Assembly: GCA_038087875.1 (NCBI GenBank)
Contig: JAXLNO010001270.1
Location: forward strand, 62,001-122,321
DNA length: 60,321 bases
Source: Malacoraja senta
Taxonomy: Eukaryota
Direction of reading: 5' to 3'
This document shows, piece after piece, positions 1 through 10,971 of this stretch; the first letter of the stretch is position 1; the number at the start of each line of letters is the position of its first letter. The notes beneath the pieces are model-generated. The model had not been told where the DNA came from and ran no database searches. It saw only the letters and a list, made by a program, of their open reading frames with translations. The position numbers and the translations under genes were made by a program.

Positions 1-2350
1 CAGGTCTCGTTGCATCTCCCCTTTTCCTAATCGGCCACCATTCAGATAATAGTCTACTTTCCTGTTTTTGCCACCAAAGTGGATAACCTCTCATTTATCC
101 ACATTATACTGCATCTGCCATGCATTTGCCCACTCACCCAGCCTATCCAAGTCACCTTGCAGCCTCCGAGCATCCTCCTCACAGCTAACACTGCCCCCCA
201 GCTTCGTGTCATCCGCAAACTTGGAGATGTTGCATTCAATTCCCTCGTCCAAATCATTAATATATATCGTAAATAGCTGGGGTCCCAGCACTGAGCCTTG
301 CGGTACCCCACTAGTCACTGCCTACCATTGTGAAAAGCATCCGTTTACTCCTACTCTTTGCTTCCTGTCTGCCAGCCAGTTCTCTATCCACATCAATACT
401 GAACCCCCAATACCGTGTGCTTTAAGTTTGTATACTAATCTCTTATGTGGGACCTTGTCGAAAGCCTTCTGAAAGTCCAGATATAACACATCCACTGGTT
501 CTCCCTTATCCACTCTACTAGTCACATCCTCGAAAAATTCTATAAGATTCGTCAGACATGATTTACCTTTCATAAATCCATGCTGACTTTGTCCAATGAT
601 TTCACCACTTTCCAAATGTGCTGCTATCCCATCTTTAATAACTGATTCTAGCAGTTTCCCCACTACCGACGTTAGACTAACTGGTCTGTAATTCCCCGTT
701 TTCTCTCTCCCTCCCTTTTTAAAAAGTGGGGTTACATTAGCTACCCTCCAATCCTCAGGAACTACTCCAGAATCTAATGAGTTTTGAAAAATTATCACTA
801 ATGCATCCACTATTTCTGGGGCTACTTCCTTAAGTACTCTGGGATGCAGCCTATCTGGCCCTGGGGATTTATCAGCCTTTAATCCATTCAATTTACCTAA
901 CACCACTTCCCAGCTAACCTGGATTTCACTCAGTTCCTCCATCCCATTTGACCCCCGGTCCCCTGCTATTTCCGGCAGATTATTTATGTCTTCCTTAGTG
1001 AAGACAGAACCAAAGTAGTTATTCAATAGGTCTGCCACGTCCTTGTTCCCCATGATCAATTCACCTGTTTCTGACTGCAAGGGACCTACATTTGTTTTAA
1101 CTAATCTTTTTCGCTTCACATATCTATAAAAGCTTTTGCAGTCAGTTTATGTTCCCTGCCAGTTTTCTTTCATAATCTATTTTCCCTTTCCTAATTAAGC
1201 CCTTTGTCCTCCTCTGCTGGTCTCTGAATTTCTCCCAGTCCTCTGCTTTTTCTGGCTAATTTGTACGCTTCATCTTTTGTTTTGATACTTTCCCTGATTT
1301 CCCTTGTTATCCATGGATGCACTACCTTCCCTGATTTATTTTTTTGCCAAACTGGGATGAACAATTGTTGTAGTTCATCCACGCAGACTTTAAATGCCTT
1401 CCATTGCATATCTACCGTCAACCCATTAAGAATCAATTGCCAGTCTATCTTGGCCAATTCACTTCTCATACCCTCCAAGTTACCTTTCTTTAAGTTCAGG
1501 ACCCTTGTTTCTGAATTAACAATGTCACTCTCCATCCTAATGAAGAACTCAACCATATTATGGTCACTCTTGCCCAAGGGGCCACGCACAACAAGACTGC
1601 TAACTAACCCTTCCTCATTACTCAATACCCAATCTAGAATAGCCTGCTCTCTCGTTGGTTCCTCTACATGTTGGTTTAGAAAACTATCCCGCATACATTC
1701 CAAGAAATCTTCCTCAGCACCCTTGCCAATTTGATTCACCCAATCTATATGTAGATTGAAGTCACCCATTATAACTGTTTTACCTTTGTTGCACGCATTT
1801 CTAATTTCCTGTTTGATGCCATCCCCAACTCCACTACTACTGTTAGGTGGCCTGTACACAACTCCCACTAGCGTTTTCTGCCCCTTAGTGTTTCGCAGCT
1901 CTACCCATATCGATTCCACATCCTCCAAGCTATTGTCCTTCCTTTCTATTGCGTTAATCTGCTCTCTAACCAGCAATGCTACCCCACCTCCTTTCCCTTT
2001 CTGTCTATCCCTCCTGAATATTGAATATCCCTGGATGTTCAGCTTCCAGCCTTGGTTACCCTGGAGCCATGTCTCCGTGATCCCAACCATATCATAGTCA
2101 TTAATAGCTGTCAGCACATTCAACTCATCCATCTTATTACAAATGCTCCTTGCATTCAGACACAAAGCCTTCAGGCTTGTTTTTACAACACTCTCACCCC
2201 TTATACAATTATGTTGAAAAGTGGCCCTTTTTGATTTTTGCCCTGGATTTGTCTGCCCGCCACTTTTACTTTTCACCTTGCTACCTATTGTTTCTACCCT
2301 CATTTTACACCCCTCTGTCTCTACGCTCACACATTTAAGAAACCCTTGCC
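1..2350 (-). mobile_element. CR1-clade LINE (HER1-like), ORF2 fragment with APE endonuclease and RT; 5'-truncated, runs off the window start
   Basis: ORFs 1191-2330 (CLNARS, GITETW, VYRPP, MGDFN, SDH), 322-1119 (KSPGPD, NYRPVSLTS, QHGF, YLDFQKAFDKVPH) and 91-318 ([14 protein letters not shown]). Broken by a frameshift near 1150-1250 and a stop at 319-321. Confidence 0.95.
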
Positions 2351-2352
2351 CT

Positions 2353-4915
2353 TTAACTCCGTTTATTCAGTTTGTTGAAGTTGCTGCGCTCCTTTCTGCG
2401 TGCCCACTTGTTTGCCGCTGCTTTCAACAATTTCTCTTCCCCCATTTTGAGATGTTCGTTCAGGCTACCTCTCCACCTCGTGCAGTCAGCTGCAAGGCTC
2501 TCCCAGGACTCCACATCGATGTCGAGCGCCTTCATGCCCGATAGAAGCGGTCCATCAGTGACTGTAGTTCCTGCTGGGTGTGGGACACAGCTGCGACGTC
2601 ATCGGCAAACAACATGTCCTTTTGTCTTTGCTCTGAGGCGGGTGAGGTTGAAGAGCCTGCCATCTGATCTAGTACGCAGGCGGATCCCCTCTGTTGCAGT
2701 GCCGAAGGAATGTTTCAGGAGCAGAGCGAAGAAAATCCCAAAGAGTGTGGGAGCGAGGACGCAGCCTTGTTTGACCCCACTGCGGATGTCGAAGGGCTCA
2801 GAGAAGCTGCCATTGAACTGCACTGTCCCCTTCGTGTTGATGTGGAAGGATTCTATCATGCTCTGCAGTTTTGGTGGGCAGCCGATCTTTGGCAGAGACG
2901 TGAATAGGCCATTTCTGCTGATGAGGTCAAACGCATTGCTGAGGTCAATGAAAGCAACATACAGGGGCATCCGCTGTTCTCTGCACTTCTCCTGGAGCTG
3001 GCGAAGGGAGAAGACCATGTCTACTGTTGACCTTCCAGCTCGGAAACCGCACTGTGACTCTGGGTAGACACGTTCTGCCAGCTTCTGCAGGCGGATCAAG
3101 ATGACCCGAGCAAAGACCTTGCCAATGATATTGAGGAGGGAGATGCCTCTGTAGTTGTTGCAGTCGCTTCTCTCGCCCTTGTTCTTGTAGAGGGTAATGA
3201 TCGTGGCATCCTTCATGTCCTGCGGTACAGCTCCTTCTTGCCAGCACTGGCAAAGGACTTCATACAACGGATGCAGTAAGGTAGTCTTGCACTGCTTGAT
3301 CAGGTCAGGGGGAATCCCGTCGCTGCCTGGGGCCTTGCCTGAGGCCAGGCTGTCAATGGCCTTGCTGAGCTCTTCTACCGTCGGCTCTGCGTCTAACTCA
3401 TCCATGGTCGGCAGGCACTCGATGGCATCAAGGGCTGAGGGGGACACAGTGTTCTCTCTCGAGTAGAGGTCAGAATAGTGTTCCACCCATCTCACCATCT
3501 GCTGGCATTTGTCTGTGATTACTTCCCCAGTGGAGGATTTGAGGGGGGCTGTCTTGCTGTGTTAATGCCATCGTACATTCCCCTGATGTTCCCTGTTATG
3601 GCAACCCTCACTGGATGTCCTCACTAAGCTGTGTCCAGATGTCATTGGCGCAACGCCTGGCAGTCTGCCGAACCTTGCTCCTGGCAGCCCGGAGGATCTG
3701 CAGGTTCTTCTCGTTAGCTGACCTCTTGGCTTCGATGACGGGAGTCATCTCGGTCGACTTGTCCTCAAACCAGTCGTGCGTCTTCGAGGTCTTCTTCCCA
3801 AAGCTAGCCAAGGCTGTCCCGCAGAATTTCCCACTTCTCTGTTGCAGAGTCTCCAGGACACGAGGTGCCAAGTCCTCTCTCAAAAGCCTCTGCCAACTGT
3901 TGCACGAGATCTGGACGGGGCATCTTGCTGACATCGATGCAGGGGTTCCCCTGCTTCTTGGTACGGTAAAACCTCTTTGGCTGCAGCCTGATCTTGCAAC
4001 ACACCAAGGAGTGGTCTGTGTCGCAGTCCGCACTGTGGTAGGAGCGTGTGTGGAGAACATTCTTGATGGAGGCACGTCTGACTAGGATCAGATCCAGTTG
4101 ATGCCTATGCTTTGAGCGTGGGTGTCTCCAGGAAACCTTGTGCTGGGGTTTATCTGGAAGTACGAGTTTGCGATTTCACAGGTCATGGTAAGTGCACAGC
4201 TCAAGCAGTCACTGTCTGTTCTCATTCATTTTGCCCACACCAAATTGCCCAAGGCAGGAAGACCACGATTCATGGTCTGCGCCCACTCTGGCGTTGAAGT
4301 CGCCCAGGTGAACAAGTTCTTTTTTGCTGGGGATGCTGCTGATGATAGATGCGAGGTTCTCATAGAACTCGTCCTTTGTGTCTGATGTGGAGGACAGTGT
4401 CGGGGCATACACGCTGACAAGAGTGACTGGGCCTGTGGTGGTGTTGAGGTGGAGAGTCAGGAGTCGCTCTGAGCCATTACTGCCTGGTTCCACCATGTTC
4501 AGCAGGCTGTTCCTTACTGCGAAGCCTACTCCGTGCTCTCTGGGCTTGTCAGAGTCCTTCCCCTGCCAGTAAAACGTGTACTCCTTCTCCTTCAGAGTGC
4601 CCGAGTCTGCCAGCCTTGTTTCTTGAAGGGTGGCTATGTCTATGTTGAGTCTCTTGAGCTCTTCGTTTATGACAGCTGTTTTCCTGCAATCGCTGATGTC
4701 CTGTAGGTTTTCAGAGAGGCCAGTCATCATTGTCCGGACATTCCAAGTTCCCAGTTTTAGAGCTGGTCTCTTTTGATGTTCTTTTGCTGGTAGGTGCGAA
4801 GGTTGCGATCTGCTGTTCAGATGGTTCCTAATCCCCGTGCACCTAGTGAGGATGGCAGACCGTGGCGGGACAGCACCTTATTAGCTGGGAGCTGCCCAGC
4901 TTGAGGCGGGCGGCA
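2353..4915 (-). mobile_element. RTE-clade LINE, degenerate, with APE and RT, an internal deletion, and a 3' end that abuts the CR1
   Basis: LKLGTWNVRT, LQETRL and LGDFNARVG (4209-4770); GKAPGSDGIP, NYRGISLL, ESQCGFR, GVKQGCVLAPTLF and RLFNLTRLRAKTK (2599-3498); frameshifted DMLFADD near 2600. Confidence 0.92.
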
Positions 4916-5613
4916 ATCACTATACGTAGGAAATAATACATTGTCCAAGAGTTATCTTACAGATATGACAATAAATTCAGGCCGCTTGCCTGTTCTGACG
5001 GAAATAAGGATTCTAATATTCAAAGAGCTTGGGGACACTCTGCATCTCAGCTAACATTTATTATTCAACTGCAAGAGCCTGTATAGTTATTAACTCACTG
5101 TTATTTGCTTTACACCAAATGGCTTTATCAGGCCAAATTACCACAATTACCAAACTTCAAATTTATTGGCTGTATAACTGCAAACTCATTAGTTTTTGTC
5201 AAATGTATTGTGAAATTCTAGATTTATAGGAAATGAAAATAATGGTGCTTTTTCATATTACGCTTGTGATTACGTTAACAATTTAAAATTCCTAACCAGT
5301 AGATACGTTTTGGTGGCAAGACCAGCATTCAACATCAATCTCCAATTGCCCGAGACCTGAACAGAACTGAAGCTGTCCACTTCCATGGTGGACTATGAAC
5401 ACATATCCCCAGGTCTGTAATCAGGGCTGATGCAAAATAACCTAACCATCACTCAACTGTGCTCTTATTTTAAATATTGAAGATAGAACTACATAAATCA
5501 ATTTCAACAAACTATAAGAAACTTCCATTTTGAAATGTAATGGACATTCTTGAGAAAATGTCCACAGTGTTTGTTCATCCTATATCCTGTCAAAGCATTG
5601 ACACTGTGTATTT

Positions 5614-5840
5614 AAGATAGACACAAAATGCTGGAGCTACTCAGCGGTACAGGCAGCATCTCTGGATAGAAAGAATGGGTGACGTTTCAGGTCGAGACCC
5701 TTCTTCCAGTACGAAGAAAGATTTTGACCCGAAACGTCACCATTCCTTCTATCCAGAAATGCTGCCTGTCTCGCTAAGTTTCTCCAGCATTTTGTGTCTA
5801 TCTTCGATATAAACCAACATCTGCAATTCCTTCCTACACA
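5614..5840. mobile_element. Palindromic Penelope-like (PLE) terminus insertion with degenerate hammerhead motifs
   Basis: About 90-bp inverted arms (AGACACAAAATGCTGGAG... / ...CTCCAGCATTTTGTGTCT) matching the 3' UTR of the GIY-YIG element at 51783-52500. Confidence 0.8.
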
Positions 5841-6880
5841 TGACCATTATGTATTATTGTTTTATGAATGATAGGCAAGTTCATGAAAGGGTGCCAATTA
5901 ATTTCTTCATAAAATAGTTTCATTTACATTAAGCTTTTCAGTTAAAGAATACACCATCCAGTCTCAAACCTCATCTTAAATCCACACATTAACTACAAAT
6001 ATGAAGCTTCAATCAATTTCGCCTTGTCATCCAACACCTGGTTGGACAATGTGGCATAGATCATACTGTAGGTTCAGTCCAGATTATGCATTCTGCCATT
6101 ATGGAAGTTCCACCTGCTTTGCCGTTTACACAAATTCAGACGACTAATATTAAAAAATGATGGCATTTGGGTTACAGAAATGTTTTCCCAACATCGGCAC
6201 TGAAAATAATTCGGGCATGCAAGCAAGACAATTTCAACATGCTGAAACTCATTATAAACTTGCACGCTTGAAATCAAAACAGGAAATGGTAGAACTATCC
6301 AACAGGTTAGGCAGCATTTGCAGAGAAAGAAATATGCTCAATCCTTTAGGTCACTGGAACTATTTATTTTCTCTCTCCTACATGTAGATGTTGTCCTACA
6401 TGCTTCCAGCAATTTTATTTTTAATTGAGTGAAAGCCATGTTATAAATTGGAGACCTCTTTATCTGAAATGGAATTGGCATTTGTTAACCACATCCTCAA
6501 TATGTTCCTTAATCGGATTATTTTTACAATAACTAAGACGCTGTGAACATAAAAAGCAGAAGTAAACTTGGGGTTCTTGGCCCCTCGTGTGCACTGCTAT
6601 TCAATAAATTTAAGGCTTATCTTTTGCCTCAGGCTTGATACGGATCTCATATCCCTTTGTTCCCTGAATAATCAAAAATCTATTGTACTCTATTGTTTAA
6701 TAAAGTCAGAGAATGAGCCACCACATCCCCTTTTCCAAAGTATTTCAAACACTGATAACCATCTGGCGGTATAAAATTCTTCTCAGCTCAGCCTTGAATA
6801 ACTAACCACTTGTTTGGGGATTGGGACCCTTGGTTTAAGGAACACCAGCCAGTGAAAATATCATACCTCACTCTACCTAA

Positions 6881-7399
6881 AGGGGCTGTCCCACTTGGGC
6901 GACCTAATCCGCGAGTTCTGGCGAGTTTGACCTCGACTCATACTCGCAGCATGATCGACACAAGGTCGTAGGAGGTCTTTGTAACTCTCCTTCATGCTCG
7001 AGAGTAGTCCCAGTGTACTCAAGGCCTCAGCTAGGTCGCGGCGTATTTTTCAACATGTTAAAAAATGCCCGCATAAAAAAAGGTCACCATGGAAAAAATC
7101 GATACTTTTTTACTTGTAGGTTTAGCCGTAGTAGGTCGGCATGTTAGTCATAGGTAATCGAGGGTAGTCGAAGGTAGTCGTAGATAGTCTTCATCATAGT
7201 CGAACGGAGGTCGAAGGAGGTCATCTTCACTCTCCACTATTCGGTGTCCAATTTTCCCGAAGTTAGTCGTAGCTAGTCGAAGCTAATCTTCAACATAGTC
7301 GAAGGAGGTCTTCTACATAGTCGAAGGAGGTCTTCAACATGATATTTTTTCAAACTCTCCTAAACTCGCCAATTAGGTCGCCCAAGTGGGACAGCCCCC
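6881..7399. mobile_element. PIF/Harbinger-like MITE, 519 bp
   Basis: TIRs AGGGGCTGTCCCACTTGGGCGACCTAAT / ATTAGGTCGCCCAAGTGGGACAGCCCCC; TAA at 6878-6880 and 7400-7402 (3-bp TWA TSD); no ORF; internal TAGTCGAAGGAGG repeats. Confidence 0.85.
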
Positions 7400-7666
7400 T
7401 AACACTTTTATGAACTTTAGGTACATGTCAATTTTCTCTTGAGAAAAGATTAGAGTGATGACCTAATAGATTTTGATAAAATTATGAGATTTTATTGATG
7501 GATTGTACATGGAGAAAATGTTTTCTCATGAGGAAAAGGACATGATGAGGGGCTATTGAAATAAGAAATCCTATTACAAACTTTGAAGAAACATCTTTAC
7601 CTAGAGTCATGAAAATATGGAACTCTATACAAAATAGAATGGTTGAAGTGAATAGTAGAGATATAG

Positions 7667-7878
7667 TACAGATGCTGGTTTATACAGAAGATAGACACAA
7701 AATGCTGGAGTAACTCAGCATCTCTGGAGAAAAAGGATGGGTGATATTTTGGTTGGAACACGATTTGGTTCTTACACGCATCACTTTTCTCGATAGATGC
7801 TGCCTGACCCACTGAGTTACTCCAGCACTTTGTGTCTATCTTCTGTATAAACCATCATCTGCAATTCCTTCCTACACA
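7667..7878. mobile_element. Palindromic PLE-terminus insertion
   Basis: Inverted arms CAGATGCTGGTTTATACAGAAGATAGACAC... / ...GTGTCTATCTTCTGTATAAACCATCATCTG. Confidence 0.75.
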
Positions 7879-10289
7879 AGAAAATCCCAGTTTTAATTCA
7901 AAACAAAAATATGCAGAAGCTGTAAATCTGAATTAAAACAGAAAGTGGGGGAACTGGCCAGGAACCCAGGCAGAATCTTTGGAGAATCAACTCAAATCAT
8001 AACTGATTCTGTGTCCACAGATGCTGCCTGATCAGTTCCACATCTTCAGAATCTTCTGTTTTATTTCCTGATTTTAATCAATATTCTCTGCCATTTTAGC
8101 CACCAGACTGAAAATAAAGTCAATATAGTTACCGGTAAGTGAAAATAACCTGACCAAAGATGAGTAGCAGAAGCAAGAGGTGGTTAAAAAACTGTCGCTC
8201 AAATGCACTCATCCGTTTCCTCTTCCTGAACATGCTCATCTGTTTCCTCTCACAACTTTCAGGAAAAATATTCCACTGATACCATAACGGAGGAAAGTTA
8301 TGTGATAATGTCTGACAGCTCTCTGCTGAAGTCTCTTGAAACAGGTAATGTAATTCAATGGTTAAAAAATACTTCCAGCCACAAGGTACAAGATGCCCAA
8401 TGGAGTGTAACTAATCTATAATACTAATGGAAAACAGTTCAATGTACATTGCCTGAACTCAGAACCAAGGTCACTCCAACCTGAGTCATTGAGTGGCTGC
8501 GTGCAGACAATGCTCGGGAACACATGCATTTGGAAGTCGAGTTCCAAGCCATCGTCAACTTCTTCACCAAAGTATATGAGGACGAGTCTTACACTCAACA
8601 TTTACAACACCAGCTTGCCCTTGCCACACAAGATCACCTCCTGCTAATAAAGGTCTGCACAAAACTCTGAAACTATGGTGCACATCCCATTTGTTGGGTA
8701 ACATAATGAATGCAACGTCCCCCTCAGTGCAACACTATACCATTTGGTCATCTGAAATGACGATTGAAGATCAAGACGAGATTGAAGACATGGTCTAGTG
8801 GGCAGAGACCCTAGATGCTTGAGATTTAGACTACCTAGAGCAGGCATCGCAAAGCACTATAGAGGTACTATTAATGCCGATTCTACAAAATCTAGAATGA
8901 GTATTAGCAGGGCTCGAAATTAACGGTTGCCCGGGTGCCAATGGCCGCCTACAGTCCTGCTGGGCAACCTAAACGGCGTGCCATTTTGCCCGGCTTGGCA
9001 CCTATCGTTCAACTCTGAGTGGGCCCCCCATCTCTATCTCTCTCTCTCTCTCTCTCTGTCACTCTCCGTCTCCACCCGCCATCTGTATCCGTGCCGGGCC
9101 GCCAGTTCTCCGCTCTCCGCCCGCTCCTTATCCGCCGGCTCGGCCGGCCGCCTTGCACATGCGCACTACCACAGCCTGCACATGCGCACAACCACGGCCA
9201 GCACATCATCGGCCGCCCTGCACATGTGCACTGCCACAGCAACTGGTCGGCGCCAGGCACATTGTGTGAGATCTGGTTGCCATTGCTATCCGGTCGCCAC
9301 CTCGCCGCGACTGCTGAAAACCAACGCAGTGCTGAAGCCAGCACATATTGATATTGATCAGCCGGTGCTGGTAGCGCGGCCCCGTAAGCGAGGGCGGCTT
9401 CTGTCTAGGGTACCTCCTTCTCTGGTTACTCCATCCCCTGCACCTGTTGGTCAGTCGCCTGTTCCGGGGCCGGGCATGGTGTGTACCCGTGCTGGCCGCC
9501 TTGTATGCCCTCCTGTCCGTTTCGTGTCTCGGGTACTTGGGGGGGGGGGGGTCATGTGGCGGTCCCTGGGGGGTAGGCCACTCCTTGGATCATCCCCCTC
9601 GCCGAGTGAGGGACACGGGACTGGTCTGCCACGGGGTTTCCAGATGACCCTGGATTTAGTGCCCTCGAGGTGTGTGTGTGGTGTACTCTCGCTGTAGGGA
9701 TTAAAGTCTACTAATTGAACCCGCCTGGCGTCTGGCCTTTTTCTGACCTCGTCTAGGCCGCTACAGCAGAATCATTCCCTGGAGCTGGAGTAACTCCCTG
9801 CAGTAACTCTTGCTTCTTGGTTTCCTGATCCTCCAAAAATATTACAAATGGAATTTAAACTGGAGTGGACCCTCCACCACCAAACTCCAAAAAATAACAG
9901 CTTATTGCACTTTCTCTGTTTATTTATTGTGTATATATATGGTCTATGGTATGTAGACACACTGAACTTTTATCTCCTGTTCTGTATTATGTTTACATAT
10001 TCTGTTGTGCTGCAGCAAGCAAGAATTTCATTGACCTATCTGGGACACATGACAATAAAACTCTTGACTTGGACAAGCCAAAAAGGCTCTTGGAGAAAAA
10101 AGAGCTACCTTAAATTTAGTTGCGTCTGGTTGGGTAACTATGGTAGGGTGAAGACTATTCCATGCTTTAATTGTGTGGGAGAACTCCATGGAGCAGCCAG
10201 CTCCAGTTGGAGTAACTCAACAGGTCAGACAGAATCTCTGAACAAAAGGAAAATATTACGTTTTGGGTTGGGTCTGAAAAAGGTTCCTG

Positions 10290-10445
10290 CACACCTTTGG
10301 AATGTGGAAGGAAACAAGGGCACCCGGAGAAAACCCATGCGATCAAAGGGAAAAGGAGCAAACTCCATACAGACAGCACCCATATTCAGGATCAATTCCG
10401 GGTCTCTGGCACTTTTAGGCAGCAACTTTATGGCCAATGTTCTGC
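10290..10445 (-). mobile_element. HE1/V-SINE-like fragment
   Basis: The reverse complement carries the V-domain motif GGGTTTTCTCCGGGTGCCCTTGTTTCCTTCCACATTCCAAAG and a degenerate tRNA-like head. Confidence 0.65.
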
Positions 10446-10600
10446 CCCATAGTCTTGAACTGAATTAAAACATACAGTAGCTGTAAAGGGGGACATGGCG
10501 TCACTTCGAGATTTAAGACTGAAAATGGATAGTTTCTTTTCTTTTTTAGTAACCAAAGTTATCAACGTATAATATTTTGTGTGTTGGAAAACAAAATATA

Positions 10601-10825
10601 GTGGCACAGCTGGTGGACTTGCTGCCTCACATGCCAGAGATCTGTATTCGATCCTGTCCTCGGGCACTGTCTGTGTTGAATTTGCACATTTCCCTGCAAG
10701 CATGTGGGTTTCCTCCCACATCCCAAAGACGCATTGGCTTTGTAGGTTAACTTGTCTCTGTAAAATTCCTCCTAATGTGTAGGGAGTGGGTGAGGAAAGT
10801 GGGATAACAGAACTTGTGTGAATGG
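10601..10825 (+). mobile_element. HE1/V-SINE-like tRNA-derived SINE
   Basis: A-box-like GTGGCACAGCTGG, B-box-like TTCGATCC, and V-domain GTGGGTTTCCTCCCACATCCCAAAG. Confidence 0.75.
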
Positions 10826-10886
10826 GTAGACAAAAATGGTGGAGAAACTCAGCGGGTGAGGCAGCATCTATGGGGCGAAGGAAATA

Positions 10887-10920
10887 GGGAACGTTTCAGG
10901 TTGAGACCCTTCTTCAGACT
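10887..10920 (-). ncRNA. Minimal type I hammerhead-ribozyme-like motif in a PLE terminus
   Basis: Minus strand reads AGT-CTGAAGA-A-GGGT-CTCA-ACCT-GAAA-CGTT: CUGANGA and GAAA core, 4-bp stem II (one G-U pair), palindromic vestigial stem III. Stem I pairs poorly in this copy, so activity is doubtful. Confidence 0.55.
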
Positions 10921-10971
10921 GATGCAAGGGTGGGGGGGGAGGGGCAGGAAGAAGAAAGGAAGAGGCGGAGA

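Noticed and set aside
68-4572. Plus-strand ORFs of 100-230 aa (for example 68-472, 1261-1734, 2372-3067, 3615-4085)
   Set aside because: They are antisense shadows of CR1 and RTE coding sequence.
7120-7345. Repeated TAGTCGAAGGAGGTC units as a CRISPR-like array
   Set aside because: Eukaryotic context, irregular spacing, no unique spacers, and located inside a MITE.
8927-9697. 256-aa ORF as a transposase or host gene
   Set aside because: It runs through a CT microsatellite and GC-rich subterminal repeats, starts at a non-ATG codon and has no domain motifs.
9848-10468. 206-aa ORF
   Set aside because: It is a chimera of a LINE tail, unique sequence and an antisense SINE.
10601-10680. tRNA genes at SINE heads (also ~11590, ~49120, ~58915)
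   Set aside because: Only degenerate A/B boxes followed by a V-domain; no cloverleaf.
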